A stretch of DNA of 64,000 bases, from positions 8,859-72,858 of IMG/VR virus record IMGVR_UViG_3300043466_001759; one strand, 5' to 3'. This document shows positions 7,056 through 16,641 of the stretch, piece after piece. The notes below the pieces were generated by a model. The model worked only from the letters and a program-made list of their open reading frames with translations. It searched no databases and was not told the origin of the DNA. The stretch comes from a virus. Both the position numbers and the translations under genes were made by a program. Position 1 is the stretch's first letter, and each line of letters begins with the position of its first letter.

Positions 7056-8630
7056 CTATTCTTGATACGGATTATGTTCTCGCCCCCAATTGCCTACCGT
7101 AAACCCATACAGATCCCTGACGCATCTAGTGCAATCACCGTCTCCGTATGGAACTGTTCTAAACCACCTGCCAGCCACGAAAAACCTAGCTGGCGTCACA
7201 AAGCTAGTCCCTTGCTCTTCTGCCTCTCTGAAAGCAAGCTTCCACGCCTGCCCCCATGTCCCACCTTTTGAAGCAGCACGGTACAACGACCGAAGCATTA
7301 TCTGCTCGTTCGTTTTCTTCTTTTTCTCCTTCTTTTCCTTTTTGTCTTTTTTAACTTCCTTGAGTTCACCTCCAGAGAACTCGAGGCCTTCCGACTTGGT
7401 TCCTTTCTTTATTGGTTCGTATCCGCAGCTTCGACACTTCCCTCCACGATAGATCGCTCCGCATGACGGGCACTCTACAGTGGCGCGTGGCTCGTGAGTC
7501 TTTGATGGCCTCTCTCCCCATTCCAGCGTCCATGCCACATCGTCTTCAAAGAATCCATGCTTACGTATGTTGTTGGCATGATCTAAAACGATGCAATCTT
7601 TAACATCAGGATGCACTCGTGAACCTCGACCAACCATTTGTCTGTAACGAACAACGCTACCGATCGCAGTACACAGCTGGACGCAACCAACGCGAGGTAT
7701 GTCAGTCCCTCGCTCGATGACACCCACATTGCAAATGTATTGAATCTCGCCATTGTCTAGTCTGTCAAACAAGTCTTGCCGTTCTTCGTCACCGGTCTCG
7801 CCGTCAACATAGTGAGCATCGATTCCATTGTCTCTGAGCATCTGCATCGCCTCCTGCGCGTGCGAACGTCTCGGAAAAAAACCGATGGTCGCTCTACCTT
7901 CGGCCAATCTCTTCCAATCTCGAATCAGGTCGCCAGTGAGCCCTTCCATAGCTGCTGCAACGCTGTCCTCTGTGTAATCATCACCGCTCTTCTTAAGTAG
8001 CTTCAGATTGCCCACAGTGCCCTGAAAATACCTGAATGACGATAGATACCCATTGTCGATCAACCATGATGGCGTAGGACCGTTGACGATCTTCTTGAAC
8101 ACCTTGTTCAATTCTTTGTGTTGGGGTGTCGCGGACAGCCCTAGAACGAATGGCTCACTAAGACCCAGCTCGTTCCTCTTGGCATTGTGCGCAGCTAAGA
8201 ACGTCCGAAACTTAGAGACTTGCGAATGGATCTCATCGAACACTAAGAAGTCGTACGTAAAATCAGTCCTGTAGTCTCTTTTGTCTACATACCAGCTGTT
8301 GATAGTATCGATCGAAGCTACCTGCAGCGGCGAGTCTGGAGATGTTTCGTATCCAGACATGATCACTCCATGGAACAGCTTGGGATACTCGTTGAACGAA
8401 TCACTAGCGTTTTGTACAAGTCCCCTGCGATGGACCATAAACGCAGCCTTACCAGATTCCGTTGGCTTCTTTGGACGATTTAGATATGACCCCAGAATGA
8501 ATTTGGAGGTGACTGTCTTACCAGCTCCCGGTGGCATGCACGCAATCAAATTCCTATGTGTCACTATCTCTCGCCTCAGCTCATCGACCAAGGACTCTTG
8601 ATAGGGCCTGAGTACTGGTAGCTCGATCAT
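7056..8630 (-). CDS. SF2 DExH helicase (RadD/UvsW-like) with Zn ribbon
   Basis: LRPYQ, PPGAGKT, DEIH, LSATP, QMVGRGSR, CPSC/CRSC. Confidence 0.92.
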   Translation of the reverse strand: MIELPVLRPYQESLVDELRREIVTHRNLIACMPPGAGKTVTSKFILGSYLNRPKKPTESGKAAFMVHRRGLVQNASDSFNEYPKLFHGVIMSGYETSPDSPLQVASIDTINSWYVDKRDYRTDFTYDFLVFDEIHSQVSKFRTFLAAHNAKRNELGLSEPFVLGLSATPQHKELNKVFKKIVNGPTPSWLIDNGYLSSFRYFQGTVGNLKLLKKSGDDYTEDSVAAAMEGLTGDLIRDWKRLAEGRATIGFFPRRSHAQEAMQMLRDNGIDAHYVDGETGDEERQDLFDRLDNGEIQYICNVGVIERGTDIPRVGCVQLCTAIGSVVRYRQMVGRGSRVHPDVKDCIVLDHANNIRKHGFFEDDVAWTLEWGERPSKTHEPRATVECPSCGAIYRGGKCRSCGYEPIKKGTKSEGLEFSGGELKEVKKDKKEKKEKKKKTNEQIMLRSLYRAASKGGTWGQAWKLAFREAEEQGTSFVTPARFFVAGRWFRTVPYGDGDCTRCVRDLYGFTVGNWGREHNPYQE

Positions 8631-8631
8631 A

Positions 8632-9393
8632 TCAGCTCCACAGCTTGACAGACTGAGCAACCTTTACCAGACGATCTCTCTCCCTAGCGTTTGGCTTGTG
8701 ATAGTGATAATCGTCGATCGCTCGGACTAGTTTTGCCCTGTACTGATCAGCAAGACTCTTGACCTTCTTGGCCTCGTCTTCTGGAGTGGCCTTAGGCTTT
8801 GGCATCTCCTCAGACAACTTCTTGCCGGACTTCTCAGCCTTCTTTGCGACGGCTCTCTGCTCAGCCTTGGGAAGCTTAGCCAGCTCCTTGATCTTTGTAG
8901 TAGGGAGCGATTCAGCAGCTTCCTTAACTTGATCATCAAGCTTATTGATTAACTCAGTCTTCTCAACGTCTCGATAGACTTGCCTTTCCGAAACTTTAGC
9001 TTCCTTGGCTACGATCGCCACAGCATCAGACTTGCTGTGGCCAATACTCTCTTGGTAGGCCACCATCTCTGCGCGTAACCGAGACTGAACAGAAGCAGTC
9101 AAGTTACGTTGGTAGATCGCATCGCGTTTCATGCGATACTCAACCTCTTCGATCGTCTCTGCGGTCTCATAGACCTGCTTGACGTCAAACGGAAGCTTGT
9201 TCTTCTTGCAAAGCTTGTAACGATGATGACCGTCAACAAGGACATCGCCCCACAACCAAAGAGGATTGTACGCACCTCCTTCATCAACCAAGGACTGCTC
9301 GAGCCCTGCTAACTGCTCCTCGTCTAGCGGAGGGATCAAATCTCTCAGCTTATCGACTACTCGTATCTTACCGTTGTATGGTTTCTTGCTCAT
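8632..9393 (-). CDS. ParB/Srx-like N-terminal domain protein with HTH
   Basis: LIPPL..E...LE.SL..EG..NPL...LVDGHHRY; VAKEAKVSERQVYRD. Confidence 0.75.
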   Translation of the reverse strand: MSKKPYNGKIRVVDKLRDLIPPLDEEQLAGLEQSLVDEGGAYNPLWLWGDVLVDGHHRYKLCKKNKLPFDVKQVYETAETIEEVEYRMKRDAIYQRNLTASVQSRLRAEMVAYQESIGHSKSDAVAIVAKEAKVSERQVYRDVEKTELINKLDDQVKEAAESLPTTKIKELAKLPKAEQRAVAKKAEKSGKKLSEEMPKPKATPEDEAKKVKSLADQYRAKLVRAIDDYHYHKPNARERDRLVKVAQSVKLWS

Positions 9394-9422
9394 GCTATTG
9401 CTTTCGCTTGTAAGAATTAACT

Positions 9423-9662
9423 CTACTGCTTGGGCCAATACTTGTGTATCAGCTCGATAATGTTTTCGACCGCGTGGTTTGTGTTGTCGAGCCTCATTAC
9501 ACTCGCCGTGGCTATGCGTCTAAGGCCTTCATCTAAAGGCTTTCTAGCTGCTGCGGTCGCATCAAAATTAGCAGCTACCTCCAGGATCTTAACTCTATTG
9601 TTTATCTCATTAATGAGAGCCCACTTGGCAGAGTTGAGCTGCCTTGCTTTGTCATCACTCAT
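9423..9662 (-). CDS. hypothetical protein
   Basis: Overlaps the end of the upstream gene in the operon. Confidence 0.5.
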   Translation of the reverse strand: MSDDKARQLNSAKWALINEINNRVKILEVAANFDATAAARKPLDEGLRRIATASVMRLDNTNHAVENIIELIHKYWPKQ

Positions 9663-11007
9663 CTTCGGTCTCAAGTTCCTCTTCGGCTCCAACCACACGA
9701 CCGTCCTCGATAATCACTGCACATCGTTCCGCATCGGCATCAGTGCGGGTAACTAGCTCGATGATTAACTGGAAGTCGTTCTCCTTGACTACAGACTCCA
9801 GTGCATCCAGCGTGTCGTTATCTAGATCGCTGCCGTGTTGACACACAAGCAATCTCAACTTGGGATTGAGCGCCATACCAACCTTAACGCTCGCCATGAT
9901 TCGCTGACTTGTTGACGCCTGCTCGAATGGTAGGCCATTCATCAGCAACCCATCCTCATTGAGTTCCATACCCTCCATCGGCCATTCTGCGTTAGCAACT
10001 TCCTCGGCTCGCATGTCTTGAATAGCCTTAAGCTTGTCAGTCAGTTTTTGCCAATCCCCTCGAGACTTCTTAAGCTCGGCTTCGACCTCGTCGTGCTTCT
10101 TGTTGGCACGAACTTTTTCATTGACCGAGTCAGCATCTGATATCTTCTGCTTCACTGACGTTATATCACTAGCAACGTCAGGAGCCTCAGAAAACTCCTT
10201 CTTGGCTTTCTCTAAGCTCTCTTCCGACTTAGCATAGAGCAGCTTGCTGTAATCCAGGCGAGACTGAAGGTCAGCTATGGATTTCATGAGCTTCCGTTCT
10301 TCCTCGTTGATATCCTCCTGCTCGCTTTTGATTTCCTCGATCTTCCGCTCCAAGTCCTGGCGTTGCTTCTCTTTGTCTTTGAGACCGTCTAACTCGGCCA
10401 TCAAGTCAGCAACCCTAACTTCTTCAGCTGGAGCACCCTCGTGTCTTTTCAAACCTTCAAGCTGGGATGCAAGCTTCTTTCCATCTCGCCCCAGGTCGGT
10501 GCGTTCCGCAAACACCCGCTTGTATTCGTCATCGAACTTACCAAGATCCAGTCCAAGCATCTCCTGGACCAGCGTAGCCTTCTCCTTTGGCTTCATTCGC
10601 TCGAATGCCAAGGGATCGAATGCTCGCAGGGTGAACAGCCTCTGAAGCAGCTTACGGGGCTCTGGGGCCTCCTCGCCAGTCGAATCCAGAACACGAAACT
10701 CTTCAACAACTGCCCCTGATGGCTTCTGACGCAACGACAGTTCGACCGTGATAGACTTGGATTCCATCAGCTCCTCGTCGCCAGTGAGCTCGATCGTTAC
10801 CTTGCCTTTCTTCTGACCCTTTCGAAGAGCGATATCTGGATAGTCCGAGCCAGACTTGCCGGCCAGTGCCATAATCAGCGCCGTCAATGCTGACGTCTTA
10901 CCCTGGCCGTTCTTTCCTCCGACCAGGAACAAATGTCGACCAGCCAAGTCGAATCGAACATCTTTAACACCCAACACGTTGTGGGCTTCGTACTTGATAA
11001 CCTGCAT
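9655..11007 (-). CDS. Rad50/SbcC-like coiled-coil P-loop ATPase
   Basis: GGKNGQGKTS Walker A, long coiled coil, degenerate signature QASTSQ; AGGAGA RBS. Confidence 0.85.
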   Translation of the reverse strand: MQVIKYEAHNVLGVKDVRFDLAGRHLFLVGGKNGQGKTSALTALIMALAGKSGSDYPDIALRKGQKKGKVTIELTGDEELMESKSITVELSLRQKPSGAVVEEFRVLDSTGEEAPEPRKLLQRLFTLRAFDPLAFERMKPKEKATLVQEMLGLDLGKFDDEYKRVFAERTDLGRDGKKLASQLEGLKRHEGAPAEEVRVADLMAELDGLKDKEKQRQDLERKIEEIKSEQEDINEEERKLMKSIADLQSRLDYSKLLYAKSEESLEKAKKEFSEAPDVASDITSVKQKISDADSVNEKVRANKKHDEVEAELKKSRGDWQKLTDKLKAIQDMRAEEVANAEWPMEGMELNEDGLLMNGLPFEQASTSQRIMASVKVGMALNPKLRLLVCQHGSDLDNDTLDALESVVKENDFQLIIELVTRTDADAERCAVIIEDGRVVGAEEELETEDE

Positions 11008-11038
11008 AGCAAATCTCCTCAGAAACAAATCTCAAAAA

Positions 11039-11353
11039 CTAAACAGCACTGGCAGCATTCAAGAAAACAAAGACTGCCTCATGCCCAACGCCAAACGGAA
11101 AGTCCACAAACCACAGAACAGTGGTTCCAGACATCTTCTGCACCGTCCAGAACGGGCAGTCTCTTGATTCAGTCAGAACGCGAAACGTACCACTGACATA
11201 CACAAACCTGGGAGGATTCTTTAGCTTCTCCTGGTTCTTGTACTTCAAGCAGTCGTCATTGAACTTCTTGCGCTCCTTACAAAAGAATCCCTTTTCAATT
11301 AACGCATTCTCCATAGCATGCGTCTCAATCTTTAAGTTTTTAGCCAACGTCAA
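11039..11353 (-). CDS. hypothetical protein
   Basis: ORF in operon context. Confidence 0.5.
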   Translation of the reverse strand: MTLAKNLKIETHAMENALIEKGFFCKERKKFNDDCLKYKNQEKLKNPPRFVYVSGTFRVLTESRDCPFWTVQKMSGTTVLWFVDFPFGVGHEAVFVFLNAASAV

Positions 11354-11357
11354 TCCC

Positions 11358-11708
11358 CTATACCCGCTTGATGATTTCTAGCCTCGCCAAGTCCTCTTCT
11401 CGGAGAACATAATCCTCTTCAAACAGGTGCTCAGCAAAAAACAGGAACAAGCTGGCCTTAGCCCTGTGGTCCTGAATGTCTCGCTCCAAGTCCTTGACTG
11501 GCTCAACTGGATCCATGTGGTACGCAGACCTTGAAACAGATGGCATCATGTTTGCCATCGCTCTATTACCATGCATGGACTCAAGAGTTTTCTTCAACTC
11601 TGGTAAACTCGACTCCTTTTCTGCTGCGCGATCACGGTGATACGCGGATCTGCTCTTCAAATGTGACGCAAGCTCCTGCCGGCTAACCTTAAACTTCAAA
11701 CCTTCCAC
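11358..11708 (-). CDS. hypothetical protein
   Basis: AGGAG RBS, GTG start. Confidence 0.65.
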   Translation of the reverse strand: MEGLKFKVSRQELASHLKSRSAYHRDRAAEKESSLPELKKTLESMHGNRAMANMMPSVSRSAYHMDPVEPVKDLERDIQDHRAKASLFLFFAEHLFEEDYVLREEDLARLEIIKRV

Positions 11709-11723
11709 AACTAATCTCCTTGA

Positions 11724-12137
11724 CTATGACTCTAAAACGTGTGGCACACCTTGCAGGTTAAATGGCAGCATTGCACCTTTGGGCAATACCCACATCCAAC
11801 GCATGTCGGCCACGTCCACAATCTTCTCTCGCGGTGGAAACACCTCCACTGCGATTCGCTCAGGCCAGAAATGATCCTTGATGGCCTGCATGTCGTTCCA
11901 GGTGACAGGCTTGTCGTAGCCTCTCTTTTCTGCCTGACTTGGTTTCTTGGCTGAAGTATGCTTGATCGCAACTCTTAACGTTCCCTCCCAGGGAGTTCCG
12001 TTGCAAGCTGGAGTAGCATTACCCCAAACCTGGACGCAGACACCGTTCTTACGGTCGACATACGCCATATCTGGGTGTCCTGGAACATTCGCCATGACAC
12101 CCTCTACCCTCACCAGTTTCTTCGGATCGATCGCCAC
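11724..12137 (-). CDS. conserved phage hypothetical protein
   Basis: TWNDMQAIKD...AVEVFPP...VDVADMRWMW motif seen in many phage proteins. Confidence 0.7.
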   Translation of the reverse strand: MAIDPKKLVRVEGVMANVPGHPDMAYVDRKNGVCVQVWGNATPACNGTPWEGTLRVAIKHTSAKKPSQAEKRGYDKPVTWNDMQAIKDHFWPERIAVEVFPPREKIVDVADMRWMWVLPKGAMLPFNLQGVPHVLES

Positions 12138-12370
12138 TAGACGCCGACCTTATCCATGTCGATTTCCTTCTCGTCAGGCTCCTTGGCCCCAGACGTCTTA
12201 ACAACGCCTTCGGAGTCAATCCTCGACAACGCCTCATCCAGATTCGTAATGTCAGGAAAGAACTGAGTCAGATCCTTAACGATCATCTGCGCGTCAGTCA
12301 GCTTGTGAATCTCGGTGCGAGTCAATTTCGCTTTCTTGACGCCCTTACTTGTATGCAACTGCATAGCCAA
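12137..12370 (-). CDS. hypothetical protein
   Basis: Coupled to the downstream gene. Confidence 0.55.
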   Translation of the reverse strand: MAMQLHTSKGVKKAKLTRTEIHKLTDAQMIVKDLTQFFPDITNLDEALSRIDSEGVVKTSGAKEPDEKEIDMDKVGV

Positions 12371-12403
12371 ACCTTTCTTTGAAAAACACTGACACTGAGT
12401 CAG

Positions 12404-12625
12404 CTAAAACGGAACACATGCATCATCAAAACTACAATCGACATCATTCAGATCCCACTGAACATTGTTGACAACAACGGTAGCCACCGCTTCCAGGACA
12501 GTGAAAGCTTGACCTGGACACAGCCTAGCAAGCCTCTCGGCCTCTTTTGCCGCATCTGCCTTACTAGCGTGCCTGTAAACAGGCTCGCCCTTACCAAGAA
12601 CCATCCAGAACTTATCGCGTCCCAT
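12404..12625 (-). CDS. conserved small phage protein
   Basis: FWMV.G...P..RH.S...A..EAERLA...PG..F.VLEA motif; GAGG RBS. Confidence 0.7.
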   Translation of the reverse strand: MGRDKFWMVLGKGEPVYRHASKADAAKEAERLARLCPGQAFTVLEAVATVVVNNVQWDLNDVDCSFDDACVPF

Positions 12626-12793
12626 GCTTACCTCACAGCAAAACGGAAAGAACAGCGCAAGACACGACACACACCAACAGAGACATCAAGATCGCAACAG
12701 CGCATCCCTTGAACACTGCTAATGGATCTGACGAGAACTGCTCGTCGTAATCATCTTCGTAGCTCATATCAACCTCCTGAAAACAAAAACCAG

Positions 12794-12868
12794 TGGACGG
12801 ACAGGACTCGAACCTGCCTCTGCGACATCGCCCAACAGTCGCCGCTAAACCATCTCAGCTACTCGTCC
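12794..12868 (-). tRNA. tRNA-like element with abnormal 11-nt anticodon loop
   Basis: GGACGAG-TA-GCTG..TAGC D-arm; GCGAC-TGTTGGGCGAT-GTCGC; GCAGG-TTCGAGT-CCTGT T-arm; bulged acceptor stem. Confidence 0.55.
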
Positions 12869-12875
12869 GCTTGTC

Positions 12876-13544
12876 CTAAGAGAAACTAAGAAATACCTCC
12901 TTAGTCTCGATAGCATCTAAAACTTCCTGGATGTCATCCACTCCTCGAAGCTTGTTGTTGCCTATAGCGACATCCACCCTTTGCTTGACGGAAGCCAGTT
13001 TCTCTAAGCTTGAAGCTGCTGCTATAACAGCTAGCATCTTATCCTTCATGGCATTCTGCTCTTTCGACCTCTCTTGCAAGTCCCTGACGTAATCAACATC
13101 GTCATACATGCCCATGAACACATCAGAAGAAAATCCCAACCAAGACAGAGCTTTGGATCGCGTGTTGGTAACAAGCTTTTTCAACGTCTCCTGGCCGCGT
13201 GAAAACTTATCGTCATTCATCACCTCGAAAGACGCCTCCTCGCCACTCACGCTAGGATAGAAGAACTTGGCGGACAAGACGATCGCGTATTCGACGTATG
13301 GTCCATCCGTACCGATACCATCCATGCGAATAATCTCGTGCTTGATATCTCGCAACCCCCACTTATCTCCGTAGGGCCCCCACAGCTTAGTTGCCTGCTG
13401 AACCTGCCATTGAGGATCAACGGTAGTAAACTCTCGCTTGCCGTACTTAACGGGCCTCTGATGGTCAGGGTCGGTAGTCTTTACCGCATCCCAAAGCTTC
13501 ATGTTCAATGCATACTGCTCTGCTGTCACGATGTCCTTAGACAA
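12876..13544 (-). CDS. putative ssDNA annealing protein (Rad52/Sak-like)
   Basis: FTTVDPQWQVQQATKLWGPYG..WG and KALSWLGFSSDVFMG; adjacent to the exonuclease gene. Confidence 0.55.
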   Translation of the reverse strand: MSKDIVTAEQYALNMKLWDAVKTTDPDHQRPVKYGKREFTTVDPQWQVQQATKLWGPYGDKWGLRDIKHEIIRMDGIGTDGPYVEYAIVLSAKFFYPSVSGEEASFEVMNDDKFSRGQETLKKLVTNTRSKALSWLGFSSDVFMGMYDDVDYVRDLQERSKEQNAMKDKMLAVIAAASSLEKLASVKQRVDVAIGNNKLRGVDDIQEVLDAIETKEVFLSFS

Positions 13545-14181
13545 GATCCACCGCCTTTCGAATTTTAGATAAACGAATATTCATCTGACCAATGAACCGA
13601 GACACGGCAGCCTCAAGATCTTCGATCATATCCTCGTCGCGATTGACGCGAACAACATGCATCCGCAACGGTTCTGGCATCAGAGGGTGAAACGAAACGT
13701 AATCAAGCCATTTGCGACCAGTCACCCAAAGACCACCTTGGCACTGCCACTGATAATCCTTGTCGGCAATCAAATCGCCCTCGAGAACAGCCAAGTGATT
13801 CTCGACTGTATATGGGCACTTGATTTCAACAAGCCCCTCATCACCGACCAAAGCATCGGGAGAGTAGCCAACATCCTCGTACTCAGGATGCACACAAAAA
13901 CCAACGCGGTGGATCGGATGGCTGCCCTCGAGATCCCACTCGTAAAGATCCCTAGCAGTAGGCTCATGCTCATGACCCCACGCAACAAACTTATTGTTCA
14001 GTTCGTCCGAAGGAACGCCAGACAACCTTTCTCCAATAAGCTTTGTCATGTAACTCAAGGCTGTCTGACTAAGGCCATCGCCACTGCGAGGCTTCGTCAT
14101 GATTTTACCAAAGCAACTGGCCGTCACCTTTCCCAGCCTAGCTGCATGCCATTCAGGCGAACCCTGAACTAACTCTCCCAT
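13537..14181 (-). CDS. YqaJ/lambda-type exonuclease
   Basis: QGSPEWHAARLGKVTAS, YSPDALV, EIKCP, YQWQCQG. Confidence 0.92.
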   Translation of the reverse strand: MGELVQGSPEWHAARLGKVTASCFGKIMTKPRSGDGLSQTALSYMTKLIGERLSGVPSDELNNKFVAWGHEHEPTARDLYEWDLEGSHPIHRVGFCVHPEYEDVGYSPDALVGDEGLVEIKCPYTVENHLAVLEGDLIADKDYQWQCQGGLWVTGRKWLDYVSFHPLMPEPLRMHVVRVNRDEDMIEDLEAAVSRFIGQMNIRLSKIRKAVDLV

Positions 14182-14236
14182 AGACAAATCTCCATTTGAA
14201 CTAAGAAACAAACCCGACGCGTAAATAGTAACGAAC

Positions 14237-14269
14237 AAACCCCAGCGTGCAATAGCATGCTGGGGTTTT
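14237..14269. terminator. intrinsic terminator (possibly bidirectional)
   Basis: aaaccccagcgtgc-aata-gcatgctggggtttt hairpin after the late operon. Confidence 0.7.
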
Positions 14270-14294
14270 CGTAAGTTTATTTTGGAGTTTTTTT

Positions 14295-15434
14295 CTAGAG
14301 GCTTTTTAGCTTCATATCGGCTATTTGCCTTAGGATTGCATCTGCTTCCCAGTAGCCAATCTTCACCATGGACTCATTGCCGACTTCCAGGCGGAATCTT
14401 GGGACTCCACTGCCTGAGACATCGCCAGCAACAATCTCCACCTCGGCCTTTTGTAAAACTGGCCTATCTCTCTCGTTCCATCTCTTGCACCAAGAACAGA
14501 ACTCATTCGAGGCTACAACAATCTTAGCCGTAGCAACTGGCTTGGGATCATCGTTATTGAACTGATCGCCTTCACTGAAGGGAGATATGCCAAACGGATC
14601 CTGAACTGCAGTCGGTACAGCATAGAAAGTATGAGACGGATGTACCGTTGCTAAGTGCTGAGCCCAAGTGACCCAGAAGAATCCACCGTCACCCTGGCTC
14701 GTTCCATGGCTTGAGTGTTCTCGGAATTCAAATCGGCCTGCTCGACGGTTGTATCGAACGTGGTCTAGGTGCTCGCTGTGATTGCCTGGACCTCGATCGC
14801 CAATCAACACTCCATCTTTGTCGAAATTCTTCCAATTGCGTCCTACGTGAATCGCAATAACAACTGGCTTTCCGCTTGCGAGAGCTGCGACAACCTCCTG
14901 CTCGCTAGGCGTACCAAACCCCTCGTGCGCTCGAAAACGTAACGCTTCCTTGTCCGCAACTGCTGTGTTGTACATGTTACGAAAGATCTGGCCTTCCTTA
15001 ACAGTCTTACGTGTGGCAATGCCCCTCTCAGTTGCGGCTCGCAAGTTCTCGCCTAACGTCCCTCCTTTGTCCACACCGTCGTTACAAAGAGAATATAGGT
15101 AATCGTCCGACAGTGGAACAAACGGTTGACCGCCTCGATATCTCGCCTTTTCTACTGCGTACGTTGCTGCACTCGACGCACACTTACCCCATCCATTTTG
15201 GTTCTTAGTCAAGTCGCTTCCAAAGTGAGCCATCCCCCCAACATTCTTTTGGTACTCTTCGGACTCAACTATGTCGATAAGCTCCGATCGACTAGGGAGC
15301 CCTCCAACCAACTGACCGAATGACATTAACCTTGGCGGATTTGGATCTGGAAGCAAACCAAGGCAATGAACCGTTCCGTCAGGAGAGACTACCGCCTCTT
15401 TGCCATCTTTAATGACGATATCGCATTTACTCAC
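14295..15434 (-). CDS. papain-like (C1) cysteine peptidase with C-terminal thioredoxin-like CxxC domain
   Basis: NQNGWGKCASSA (oxyanion Q and catalytic C), GNHS His, HSSHG in place of NSWG; FCSWCKRW. Confidence 0.7.
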   Translation of the reverse strand: MSKCDIVIKDGKEAVVSPDGTVHCLGLLPDPNPPRLMSFGQLVGGLPSRSELIDIVESEEYQKNVGGMAHFGSDLTKNQNGWGKCASSAATYAVEKARYRGGQPFVPLSDDYLYSLCNDGVDKGGTLGENLRAATERGIATRKTVKEGQIFRNMYNTAVADKEALRFRAHEGFGTPSEQEVVAALASGKPVVIAIHVGRNWKNFDKDGVLIGDRGPGNHSEHLDHVRYNRRAGRFEFREHSSHGTSQGDGGFFWVTWAQHLATVHPSHTFYAVPTAVQDPFGISPFSEGDQFNNDDPKPVATAKIVVASNEFCSWCKRWNERDRPVLQKAEVEIVAGDVSGSGVPRFRLEVGNESMVKIGYWEADAILRQIADMKLKSL

Positions 15435-16110
15435 CTGTCACCTCCTTCAGGATAGACTTCAACTCCTCTAATGACTTCGGCGCTGCGAATACTCGAAAGT
15501 TCTTCGCATCCTGACTGACGATTAACGCTGGCACTTCTTTGGCGACAGCAAGAAAAGGCTTGGCTTGCTCCTGCTCGTCGTCATAAGCAGCCATCTTAAT
15601 ATTCCGTGTCTCAAGATACTTCCGCGTCTCGATCGACAACCTAACGTTCGTCTGTTGGATCTGATCGATTGCATCGGCCTGTTCGTAAACCCAGACAACC
15701 CAATCCGCCTTTAGTTTCGGATCGGGCTTGGGATCGGGTTTCGGCTTAGGATCTGGTTTAGGATCGGGAATAGGCGGAACAGGTTTAGGCCCTGCGTCAT
15801 CCCCCTCCTGAACGATCTTAATTAACGTTGAATCGCCAGTAGTGATCAGATAGTCACCAGGGGGGGCCGCGAAGATCGTATGCTTCTCAGCCCTTTCGAA
15901 ATGAGAGTCTGGCAAGTACTCCCATGTAACCACTCCGCCTAAGACCTTGGCGTATATCGCCTGAACCTTAGCCCCAGGTGGATGGTTGATTTTTATTGGT
16001 CGATCACGCTTAGCAACCGAGGGTGACTCCACCTTGTAAACAGGCGGATCCTGCGAACCTGCTGTTGAACATGCCAACAGCATCATAAAAGCTAACACAT
16101 ACCTAACCAT
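15427..16110 (-). CDS. secreted/membrane protein with PDPKP linker and thioredoxin-like C-terminus
   Basis: Signal-like N-terminus VRYVLAFMMLLAC; (PDPK)n repeats; VPALIV. Confidence 0.65.
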   Translation of the reverse strand: MVRYVLAFMMLLACSTAGSQDPPVYKVESPSVAKRDRPIKINHPPGAKVQAIYAKVLGGVVTWEYLPDSHFERAEKHTIFAAPPGDYLITTGDSTLIKIVQEGDDAGPKPVPPIPDPKPDPKPKPDPKPDPKLKADWVVWVYEQADAIDQIQQTNVRLSIETRKYLETRNIKMAAYDDEQEQAKPFLAVAKEVPALIVSQDAKNFRVFAAPKSLEELKSILKEVTGE

Positions 16111-16140
16111 GACCGACCCTCCAACAAAGACCATAAAATG

Positions 16141-16557
16141 TTACAGACCGCTGGCTTCGCCAAGGGTTATCTCGAACCCTTCGTCATCAACGCATACTTG
16201 GCTATCACGAACGATATCCAAGATCTCCTTGACGATCGCAACAGCCTCCTCGAGGTCGATACAGCTCAGCATGTCCATGAAGCTACAACCCCCCTCAGGG
16301 CACTTCTTACACCCATCCAGGAGGGCTACGATCCGCTTACCCACCTCCATGACTCGCTTCATCGGGAAGCATCGAAGAAAGCCAAAGATGTCAAGTATGC
16401 CGAATGCCAAGTTCGGCTTGTTAAGTCCTGACTCAAGGCTTACCGCCAACGCCATAGGCTCGTCGCAAATACCGTCTGGACAGTCGTCATGTCGCTTGAC
16501 AGTGCTTAGGAAGACCTCGAGAAGCTTAACCAACATCAATAAAAAAGTTTGCGACAC
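16141..16557 (-). CDS. Cys-rich hypothetical protein
   Basis: GAGG RBS; CPDGIC and CPEGGC repeats. Confidence 0.7.
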   Translation of the reverse strand: MSQTFLLMLVKLLEVFLSTVKRHDDCPDGICDEPMALAVSLESGLNKPNLAFGILDIFGFLRCFPMKRVMEVGKRIVALLDGCKKCPEGGCSFMDMLSCIDLEEAVAIVKEILDIVRDSQVCVDDEGFEITLGEASGL

Positions 16558-16641
16558 AATGTCACCTCGTAACTGAAACCATTGAAACTAAAAACTTGAC
16601 AGACCCATCATACCCCCAAAACCGGAAACCGCCTACCAGTT

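Noticed and set aside
6567-14195. Shared GGAGATTTG before three genes as a regulatory motif
   Set aside because: Largely explained by the Shine-Dalgarno sequence; too short to support more.
16596-16625. TTGACA as a sigma70 promoter
   Set aside because: Points antisense into the giant gene, and the -10 match is poor.
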